Part shown: positions 46,362 to 54,658 of the stretch, piece by piece | Layout: each line of letters starts with the position of its first letter | Position numbering within the stretch: position 1 is the stretch's first letter | From: Calditrichia bacterium | GTDB taxonomy: Bacteria; Calditrichota; Calditrichia; JAJRVZ01 | Direction of reading: 5' to 3' | Assembly: GCA_963796965.1 (NCBI GenBank) | Contig: CAWCNS010000004.1 | Span: 288,001-352,000 of the forward strand | DNA length: 64,000 bases | The notes under the pieces: generated by a model | Databases searched by the model: none | Told to the model about the DNA's origin: nothing | The model's input: the letters and a program-made list of their open reading frames with translations, nothing else | Program-made: the position numbers and the translations under genes

Positions 46362-46401
46362 TCCCGTGTCATCTTGGCTTCGCCAGCCTTTACGAGACAG
46401 G
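46362..46401 (-). mobile_element. 40-bp CCTG-hairpin mini-insertion in the left arm
   Basis: Reverse complement cctgtctcgtaaaggc-tggc-gaa-gcca-agatgacacggga; 21/27 identical to 39939-39965; interrupts cca|caga. Confidence 0.7.
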
Positions 46402-46443
46402 CAGAATCCTCAGAGAAATACTCTGAGAACTCCAAAAGAATAT

Positions 46444-46815
46444 CCTTTAAAGATATTACTGAGAAAATAATTTCCTGTGTCCCGATTTATCGGGAAAGTT
46501 TACTCATTACTTGGGCCAGGTTTGCTAGAAAATTTATATGAAGTAGCAATGGAACATGAATTAAAGTCACGCGGCATTGAATATAATCGACAAAAAGAAA
46601 TTGAGATTAAATACAAGGGTAATCCGACTGGGAATTACAGGTTAGATTATTTGATAGAAAATAAGGTGATTGTTGAATGATGTGTTGAAGCAATCAAGAA
46701 TATTCATATTGCCCAAGTGCTAACTTGCCTGAGAGCAGAAAATCTAAAAGTAGGATTGTTGATCAATTTTAATGTTGACAAATTAAAAGAAGGAATAAGG
46801 AGAGTTATCTTATAA
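46444..46815 (+). pseudogene. GxxExxY family (PD-(D/E)xK-like nuclease) pseudogene
   Basis: KDITEKIISC / YSLLGPGLLENLYE..RLDYLIENKVIVE* CVEAIKNIHIAQVLTCL..GLLINFNVDKLKEGIRRVIL*. Frameshift from a palindrome at 46480-46495; in-frame TGA at 46678 where ExK is expected; start uncertain. Confidence 0.9.
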
Positions 46816-46899
46816 GAGATCACAGATGGGAGATGAAAAGAAATAGCATTAACATAAATAATATTAATAATTTACTCCGTGTACTTGTATGTTTAAAGT

Positions 46900-47101
46900 T
46901 AAAAGATTTAACTAACACTTTACTTGTTTATGTTTTATAAAACCTACATAATCTGGCATGTAAGGAGGTCCGTGTCCTGGTCTCGGAGACCGTCACAGAG
47001 TTTCTTCCGGCTGCCAGATAAAAGTCGGTTAATAACTTGGCACTAAGATGCCGTATTTTTACAAGGCTGATGATGTCTGGTTTTACATTTAACAAGTAAA
47101 G
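46900..47101 (+). ncRNA. Predicted IS110 bridge RNA (target-binding and donor-binding loops); ends approximate
   Basis: Left target guide ccgtgtcct (46970-46978), right target guide cacagag (46994-47000), left donor guide ttaataact (47029-47037), right donor guide tacaag (47060-47065); each pair flanks a hairpin inside a closing stem. Confidence 0.85.
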
Positions 47102-47111
47102 GAGTCATTAT

Positions 47112-48449
47112 ATGTCCAACTATTATCTAGGCTGCGATGTAAGTAAAGGTTATGCCGACTTTATCATCTTAGACAGTGACAAAATAGTTATTGAGCCTGT
47201 CTTTCAGTTAGATGATACTTTTGAAGGGCATAACCAGTTTTATCACTTTATCCGTGATTTTTTCAAACGATACCCAGGATCGAACCTATTCTCTGCTGTC
47301 GAAAGTACTGGCGGACTTGAGAATAACTGGCTGGCCCTGTTTAAACGTTTATCTGATATAATGAACATAAAGTCTACCAGAATAAACCCGGTCGGCCCAA
47401 ATGCGCTTCATAAAGCATCATTAGAACGCAATAGTGATGATGCTATAAGTGCAAAGTTCATTGCCGAATATTTGATCACTTATCCTAAAAAAGTGAATTA
47501 TAATGCTGACGACCCATACATTTCCCTAAGAAAACAATGGTCTCTTATTGAAATGTATAAAAAACAAAAAACACAACTTTTAAATCAACTGAATATTCTC
47601 CTTTATACGTCAATGCCATTTTTAATGAAACATATCAAAGATGGAATTCCAAATTGGATATTACTCCTGCTTAAGACATATCCTTCATCAGCTAAATTAA
47701 TCAGAACCAGGGAGACGACCCTGGCAAAGATTCCTTATATATCATATAATCGGGCTTGCGCTCTTATTTCCGATGCTAAGCAAAGTGTCGGCTCTATTGA
47801 TGATCAAACAACCGCTTTTATTATTAAATCTACTGTCGAACAGATCTTACATCTCAAAAATAAGATTGAGCAACATAAAAAGTATATGATAACTCACTGT
47901 GATCTGCCGGAAGTGAATCTTTTGCTATCATTTAAAGGTATCGGCATTTATTCAGCCATCGGCCTTATCCTCAACATCCTTGCTGTCGAACGTTTTCCAT
48001 CAGCAAAACATCTGGCTTCCTATTTCGGTGTTCATCCTGTATATAAGATTAGCGGCGATGGGAAAGGTGCTTTTCGGATGAGTAAAAAAGGTCGAAGTGT
48101 ACCCAGACAAATTCTTTACATGGTAGCCCGCAGCAGCATAGTTTACAATCCCTTAATCAAGGAAGTCTATATTAATCACTTAAAAAGAGGCAATGTTAAA
48201 TCATCAGCTCTTGGTGTATGCATGCATAAGGTACTGCGTATCGTCTTTGGAATGTTGAAACATCAAAAAGAATTTGATCCGGAAATAGATAGGCAAAACA
48301 GGAATAAAACCAGAATTGTGAAAAATAGAAGTTCTAATTCCAATTTAAAACGTCGCTATCAGGAAAAATCAGAGGATGCTCCTGTTTCTAAAAGACAAAG
48401 CATTAAAAGAAGGAAGAGAAAACAGTCCCAAAACCTACTTGAGGTTTAG
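47112..48449 (+). CDS. IS110 family recombinase/transposase
   Basis: LGCDVSK, VESTGG, LLSFKGIG, LASYFGVHP..ISG, RMSKKG..RQILY, KVLRIVFGMLK; aaggag RBS; intact frame. Confidence 0.95.
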   Translation: MSNYYLGCDVSKGYADFIILDSDKIVIEPVFQLDDTFEGHNQFYHFIRDFFKRYPGSNLFSAVESTGGLENNWLALFKRLSDIMNIKSTRINPVGPNALHKASLERNSDDAISAKFIAEYLITYPKKVNYNADDPYISLRKQWSLIEMYKKQKTQLLNQLNILLYTSMPFLMKHIKDGIPNWILLLLKTYPSSAKLIRTRETTLAKIPYISYNRACALISDAKQSVGSIDDQTTAFIIKSTVEQILHLKNKIEQHKKYMITHCDLPEVNLLLSFKGIGIYSAIGLILNILAVERFPSAKHLASYFGVHPVYKISGDGKGAFRMSKKGRSVPRQILYMVARSSIVYNPLIKEVYINHLKRGNVKSSALGVCMHKVLRIVFGMLKHQKEFDPEIDRQNRNKTRIVKNRSSNSNLKRRYQEKSEDAPVSKRQSIKRRKRKQSQNLLEV

Positions 48450-48536
48450 TGCGGGATCAGAATTTCCTCTTCCCTCAAGAAGTGCTTATAAAATAATACG
48501 GAATCTTAGAATTGTCAAAGAACGAGTAAATTTTTA

Positions 48537-48574
48537 CAAGAGAGACTGACATACATTGAGGTCAGTTTCTCTTG
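48537..48574 (+). terminator. 14-bp hairpin in the IS110 right end (terminator-like or structural)
   Basis: caagagagactgac-atacattgag-gtcagtttctcttg, one G-U pair. Confidence 0.5.
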
Positions 48575-48577
48575 ACT
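48572..48577 (+). promoter_or_regulatory. Outward-facing -35 box (TTGACT) that pairs with -10 TATGTT (46888-46893) in the circular form
   Basis: Joining the ends through one CT gives TTGACT-N17-TATGTT. Confidence 0.75.
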
Positions 48578-48639
48578 TTAATCTTAATAACTCTGTGGTT
48601 ATTTTTTTACACTACCGTAATAATTAGAAGGATTAAATT

Positions 48640-50944
48640 ATGAGAATAAGATTTTATCGAATAGCATTTATTATTCTTATTGGGCAAACTAATATTACCT
48701 GATCTTGCAGGCTTTGTTTATAGCCAGGATCCAGTGGATTATGTAAATCCAAACATCGGGACAATTGGGCACCTTCTTAAAGCAACTACTCCGGATGTTC
48801 AGCTTCCCCGCGGTATGATTAGATTGATACCGACTACTACGCCTGGGATTAGAGATATATATCTTGCCGACAAGATATATTCATTTTCAGCAACTTCATT
48901 ATCTAATGATTTTTCGCGAGGGCTTGGAATGTTCTCCGTGATGGCCACAACAGGAGATATTAAGGTTGATGCGGATGATAATGCTTCATGGTTCGATCAC
49001 GATTCAGAGAAAACAACGCCCTATTATTATTCTGTTTTGTTGGAGGATTATGATATTGATGTTGAATATACAGCGACTGAGCATTCAGCATTTTATCGAT
49101 TCACTTTTCCTGGGGGTGTGAATTCAAATATCCTGTTAAATATGCTCGGAAATTCAGAATTGAAAATTGTGAGTGATAATATCATTGAGGGCTATCAGGC
49201 ATATCCCAGAGAAGGTGACAGTGGTAGAAAATTGTACTTTCATGCCGAGTTCAGCAAAACATTCAAATCTTATGGAAGTTGGACCGAGAAAGAGGTTGCG
49301 CATGGAGAAAGAGAAAAAACCGGGAGTAATATTGGTATTTATACAACCTATTCGACTTTAAAAGGAGAGCCGGTGCAGGTTAGGGTGGGATTCTCATTTA
49401 TAAGCATAGATCAGGCTCGTAATAATTTAGAAAATGAGATTGCAGATTGGGACTTTGAGCGGGTTAAGAGTAGTGGGAGAGAAATATGGAACAAGGTATT
49501 AAGTAAGATACAAATCAAGGGTGGTACCGAAAGTCAGCGCATCATATTTTATACTGCTTTGTATCGGGTTATGGGAAGGAAAACAACCAACATTACAGAA
49601 TATGGAAAATATTATAGCAGCTTTGATAAAAGCGTCCATACAACGGATGGACATGATTTCTATCAGCTTGGAGAAAGTTGGGGATCATTCAGATCTTTGT
49701 ATCCTCTGGGTCTCATATTGGAGCCTGAAAGGCAGAATGATATCGTGCGATCTTATATACGTATGTATGAACAACGCGGATGGCTCGGTGATGCTGCTTT
49801 AGATCGGCGTGTTATGATTGGACGGCATGAAACTGCAACAATAACCGATGCTTACTTAAAAGGATTTCAAAATTTTGATGTGGAAAAGGCCTATGAGGGT
49901 ATGAAAAAAAATGCAATGGAAGCAACCATGATACCCTGGCGCAATGGTGCGACCACAGAGTTGGACACTGTTTACCAAAAGAAGGGATTTTTCCCAGCAT
50001 TGCCTTTGGAAAAAAAGGAATGGGTACAACAAGTTGACAAATTTGAGAAAAGGCAATCGGTGGCAGTGACTCTGGAGCATTGTTATGATGATTGGTGTTT
50101 GGCTCAGATGGCCAAATCCTTGAACAAGAATGAGGATTATGATTTTTTCATGAAACGTGCGAATAACTATCAGACGCTCTATGATTCCCGGATTGGCTTT
50201 ATGGCGCCAAAGACAGCAGATGGCAAGTGGGTGTTTAATGAAAAAGAGTTCGATCCTATTTGGAGCGGTGGCCAGGGTGGACGAGACTACTACACTGAAG
50301 CGAATGCATGGACCTACACCTTTCACGTTCAACATGATGTGGCCGGACTGATCAACCTTATGGGAGGAAGAGAAAAGTTCATCACCAAACTGGATGCCCT
50401 CTTTCAGGAGCAATTCGGGGGACGTGGCTCAAAGTTTAATTATTTAAATCAGTTCCCGGATGCGACTGGTTTGATAGGGCAGTACAATCACGGCAACCAG
50501 CCGGGCTTTCACATTTCATACCTTTACAATTACGGCGGTGAGCCCTGGAAAACCCAGCGCAGAGTTCGGGACATCATGAAGATATGGTACAATGACGGAC
50601 CATTGGGAATATGTGGAGATGAAGATGAAGGTGAGTTGTCATCCTGGTATGTGTTCAGCGCAATGGGATTTTATCCTGTTTGTCCCGGTCGGCCTGTATA
50701 TGATATCGGCAGTCCGATATTTGAAAAGGTTGTAATCGATGTCGGCAATAACAAGACATTTGTTATTGAATCCAGGAATGTATCATCAAAGAACAAATAT
50801 ATTCAATCGGCACAATTAAATGGTGAGGCACTTAACTCTCCATGGTTTAATCATTCTGATCTGGTAAAAGGTGGTAAACTTGTATTAATGATGGGGCCTA
50901 GGCCAAATATGGAATGGACTATGAATAGTAACTTCCATAAATAG
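48640..50944 (+). CDS. GH92 family alpha-mannosidase-like protein; probable frameshift in the signal peptide near 48680
   Basis: DPVDYVNPNIGT, FYTALYR, TLEHCYDDW, YTEANAWTY, GQYNHGNQP, GDEDEGELSSWYVFSAMGFYPV. Confidence 0.9.
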
Positions 50945-51008
50945 TGGATGGCATATATTGTCGGGCAAAGGATTTTTTACAGGTTGTATTAAAAATAAGG
51001 GAAGAAAA

Positions 51009-53600
51009 ATGATTAAGGCCAAATTGATTTATGCAGCAGCACTAAGTTTTACTTTAACGTTTAATTTAAATGCGCAAAAGATGGAAGTGGATATTAATTC
51101 TAAATCCGCTACATCAAATGGACAGCAAGTTGAAAATCGAACGGCCGGAGATTACCACGATGGAGGAAGTTGGAAAAAAACTTTGCATGATAAAGCGATC
51201 TATTTTGAAAAGAATACGAAAGAACGTCATAATATTGAAGGAACTTATCCATCATCTGTGAGATTACGACCCCCAACAAAATTTTATAATGGTTCACAGA
51301 AAGAGGCGTGGAAAACATTAAATACAACCGGCATATTACCACAGGGGTGGTTTGTTGATCATGGAACAACCGGTTTGTCGAACGTTGTTCATACAAGTTC
51401 ATGGACCGGAAATCTTATTACAGCCGAGGCTTTCCATGTTGCGTTTTTACGAAAAACAAAAGGAGAAAACAGTAGTGAATATAAAGCCGCATATGAAAGA
51501 GCCAATGAAATAATCTCCGGGATAAGAAAATTAACACTGGTTAGCGGACAGCCCGGTTATCTTGCAAGAGGTTTTGCTTATGGACATGGGCCTTCATATG
51601 TGGAACGTCACTATAGATGGGGTGAAGAAGATACACGTGATTTATGGCAACAGGGAGTTGGGAAATATTCTCATTTACGATATCGTGGTGGGCCAAGCCA
51701 TCATAATTACGACCAGGTTTTTAGAGGTTTGGGTATTTATTATTTTATTGCCGCAGATAATGCTCAGAAGCAAGCGATTCGAAAGATTGTTGAAGATATG
51801 TCAAACTGGGCCCATCTAAAAAACAACATGGTTGTGATGCTAGAGAATGGAAAAGATATCAGTACTGAATTGATAGGCGGCTGGCGTGCTCTTGCCGGTG
51901 ACACACGTCCCTCGGGAAGTTCTATTATGGCAACTACCGGTTTGAAAATCGCATATATGATTACCGGTAACGAAAAAGTGAAAGAACTTTATGACAAGTG
52001 GGTTGGTAAATTGAAATATCGCGAGTTTAAAGATTCGGAGGAGTCCTTTATGGGAGAAGCCCGAAGAAATTTCGATGATACAGATCATCTCCTCCCAGAT
52101 TTATACCTTCTTAATTTAATTGAGAAAGATGAAGATCTGCTTGCATTTTATAAAAAGTGTGTAAAAGATTCGTGGAATGTGCATAAGAACGACAAGCAAT
52201 CATGGTTTAATTTTATTTATCAGGCAGTTCTCGGAGATGAATATGGTGACATTGAAGGTTCGATTTGGAATCTGCAAACATTTCCGACCAACAGAATTTT
52301 GAAACCTCAGATGAATAGTATTAGAACCGACATTGAATTTTATACTGAAAACGGACGCAAACAGTCGCTAGATCCTTTACCAATTTATGCACGTAGGTCG
52401 GATAACGAATATGAATGGAAAGGATCTCCATATGCATTGGATGGATGGTTTTCCCGTACTGTTACAAATCTTGAAGTATCACCATACGATGACTATGTAC
52501 AATTTGCCATTGAAGAAAACGGTGTAATTTACCGCAGTTTTACTAAAGGGGAAGTATGGCAACAACTTGACGGAATTTCTGGAGTAAATGATATCATTTT
52601 ATTTCCCAAGTATAGATGGCTTGTTGTTGCAGCAACGGATCACGGTATTTATCGTTCATTTTGCGGTGGAGATTTGTGGGAAAAATCTTCCGATTTGATT
52701 GTTGATCAACTTTATCAGGAAAATAAAAATTCAAATATTCTTTATGCTGTTTCTTCGGAGGGTATTTATAGAAGCGATGATTTTGGTGAGTGGGGAGCAG
52801 CTGAGGAGTGGCACTTAATAAGTGGCAAAACACCTAAATTACGGTATAAAAATTTTGCAATTGGAATTAAGGATAATAATGTAAAGATGTACATGCAAAC
52901 AAATCAGGGATTATATTACAAGTCAAATGAAAATTCAGAATGGATTCCGCCCAAGCTGGCAATTCGCGGAAGAGGTTTTAGTGAAGTTATGGTGTTTCCT
53001 GGTAAGTTATTGTGGACAACGATATATGATAACAGAATATTTAGCGCTGTTTCAATTTCAGAATGGGCCTATAGGGGAACTATACTGATTGTGAGTGAAG
53101 ATCAAGGAAAAACCTGGATGCCGATTGTGAAGGAATTAGACCCGTTATACAAATGGATGATCCACGCGAAGGATGGGAAATCAATATCCCGTAGTGAAGT
53201 ACAAGCCTTATTAAAACGTCTTAAAAGTATTTCAATTCAAGATCTTATTGTTGATACGCAAGATAGTGATACATGGTATGGTATAACAGATAATGGTGTC
53301 GCTATTACTCATGATGCTGGTAAAACATGGAAAGTGACTAGCAAAGGTTTATATATTCCAAAAGTTGATGCAATTTTCTCTTCCCGGTATTCTAATGAAA
53401 TTTATATCAGTACACCTGCTGGTGTTTACGTTAGTAATAACAAAGGAGAATCTTGGGAAGATACTTCATTGATACTGAATGACAAAGGTGCCCTTAGAGC
53501 AGAAATAGGAGGCATTGGGTATCTTGAAGCCTATTGGTTGGGAAGATATCATGATTTTATAACTGATAAAAACGCCGACAGTATTTGGTGGGAAAATTGA
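51009..53600 (+). CDS. Secreted hypothetical protein with C-terminal Asp-box/VPS10-like propeller repeats
   Basis: Signal peptide; RSFTKGEVW, RSDDFGEW, SEDQGKTW, THDAGKTW, SNNKGESW. Confidence 0.65.
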   Translation: MIKAKLIYAAALSFTLTFNLNAQKMEVDINSKSATSNGQQVENRTAGDYHDGGSWKKTLHDKAIYFEKNTKERHNIEGTYPSSVRLRPPTKFYNGSQKEAWKTLNTTGILPQGWFVDHGTTGLSNVVHTSSWTGNLITAEAFHVAFLRKTKGENSSEYKAAYERANEIISGIRKLTLVSGQPGYLARGFAYGHGPSYVERHYRWGEEDTRDLWQQGVGKYSHLRYRGGPSHHNYDQVFRGLGIYYFIAADNAQKQAIRKIVEDMSNWAHLKNNMVVMLENGKDISTELIGGWRALAGDTRPSGSSIMATTGLKIAYMITGNEKVKELYDKWVGKLKYREFKDSEESFMGEARRNFDDTDHLLPDLYLLNLIEKDEDLLAFYKKCVKDSWNVHKNDKQSWFNFIYQAVLGDEYGDIEGSIWNLQTFPTNRILKPQMNSIRTDIEFYTENGRKQSLDPLPIYARRSDNEYEWKGSPYALDGWFSRTVTNLEVSPYDDYVQFAIEENGVIYRSFTKGEVWQQLDGISGVNDIILFPKYRWLVVAATDHGIYRSFCGGDLWEKSSDLIVDQLYQENKNSNILYAVSSEGIYRSDDFGEWGAAEEWHLISGKTPKLRYKNFAIGIKDNNVKMYMQTNQGLYYKSNENSEWIPPKLAIRGRGFSEVMVFPGKLLWTTIYDNRIFSAVSISEWAYRGTILIVSEDQGKTWMPIVKELDPLYKWMIHAKDGKSISRSEVQALLKRLKSISIQDLIVDTQDSDTWYGITDNGVAITHDAGKTWKVTSKGLYIPKVDAIFSSRYSNEIYISTPAGVYVSNNKGESWEDTSLILNDKGALRAEIGGIGYLEAYWLGRYHDFITDKNADSIWWEN

Positions 53601-53707
53601 ATATACCGGAATTCAGTGTAATTTTGTTGCTTACAGAACATTTAATAATGGGGTAATTGTTCTGAATTGGTTTGGAATAAATCTTTTCTGATTGAAAGGA
53701 GCACCCT

Positions 53708-54541
53708 ATGATTATACATTACGTACGAGGAATTTTGATTGTAGTCTTGCTGATGGTGGTCATGCCAATGGTACTGGCGGAAGAAGAGATTGCACCGGAG
53801 GATCGGATTGAAAATTGGAAAGGAAAAACGATACTGATCTTCACACCACATCCGGATGATGATACCTTCCAGTGCGGCGGTATCATGTCAATCCTGGCGA
53901 AGAATGGGAATAAGATAGTTTTGGTGATCTATACCAACGATAACAAGGGATCACTGGACCTGGAAATGACCAGTGAGCGTTTGGCGCGGATTCGTCGCGC
54001 GGAGGAGGAGGAGGCCTGCAAAGTATTAGGCGTACCGAAGAAAAACATCCACTGGCTGGGCTATGAAGACGGCGACCTGGAATATGCTGATCCGCAACGG
54101 CTGCGTGGTGAGGCGGCACGTTTTATGAAGATCTACCGACCCGACGCGATCTTCAGTATTGATCCCGGGGAAGAATATGAACGATGGCACAAAACGGACC
54201 ATCGAATGGCGGCCTTTATCACCCAGGACGCCATAATCGCTGCGGAATGGCATCTGTATTATCCGCAGCATTATCTGGACGAAAAACTGGAATCTTACCG
54301 GGTGCCCTTGGTCTATTATTACTATACCACTGCCCCGAATTATGAGGTGGATATCACTGGGGTCATCGATAAAAAAATTGAAGCTTCGGCGAAACACGTC
54401 AGCCAGTTCCCGCCGTCGGTTGAAAAATATACGCCAGACATGCCGAAAGAAACCTACGCGGGGATCGATGCGCACTTTAAGGAAATGCACAAAGACGGCG
54501 ACCGCTATATTGAACGTTTCCGCCGTTTGGTAAACCCCTAG
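53708..54541 (+). CDS. Secreted PIG-L family N-deacetylase
   Basis: PHPDDD, RRAEEEEAC, HKTDH, HVSQF; signal peptide. Confidence 0.9.
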   Translation: MIIHYVRGILIVVLLMVVMPMVLAEEEIAPEDRIENWKGKTILIFTPHPDDDTFQCGGIMSILAKNGNKIVLVIYTNDNKGSLDLEMTSERLARIRRAEEEEACKVLGVPKKNIHWLGYEDGDLEYADPQRLRGEAARFMKIYRPDAIFSIDPGEEYERWHKTDHRMAAFITQDAIIAAEWHLYYPQHYLDEKLESYRVPLVYYYYTTAPNYEVDITGVIDKKIEASAKHVSQFPPSVEKYTPDMPKETYAGIDAHFKEMHKDGDRYIERFRRLVNP

Positions 54542-54658
54542 GGCTAAAGAGTACCTGGGGGAAGTTTCTTTGGAACAAAAAAGTCTACTCCTGAATCCTC
54601 TTTCTGGAAGGACGATTTTCTCATTTAACGATAATTCAATCAACAAAAGGAAAGTATT

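Larger units (their letters stand above)
46884..48592 (+). mobile_element. Complete IS110-family insertion sequence with CT core at both ends
   Basis: Removing the element and one CT restores ctccgtgta-CT-ctgtggtt, matching the empty arms at 25731 and 43996; no terminal inverted repeats. Confidence 0.92.
46356..48616 (+). mobile_element. GxxExxY-associated inverted-repeat element carrying three secondary insertions
   Basis: Left arm aaacca[40 bp]cagaatcctcagagaaatactctgag; GxxExxY pseudogene; right arm ctccgtgtact[IS110]ctgtggttatttttttacactacc. Confidence 0.75.

Noticed and set aside
14676..46680. In-frame TGA codons (14676, 46678) read as selenocysteine or an alternative genetic code
   Set aside because: Neither is at an obvious Cys-equivalent position, many genes here end in TGA, and the GxxExxY copy has other lesions.
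46884..48592. Flanking CT read as a classical target-site duplication with terminal inverted repeats
   Set aside because: There are no terminal IRs; for IS110 the dinucleotide is the shared recombination core.
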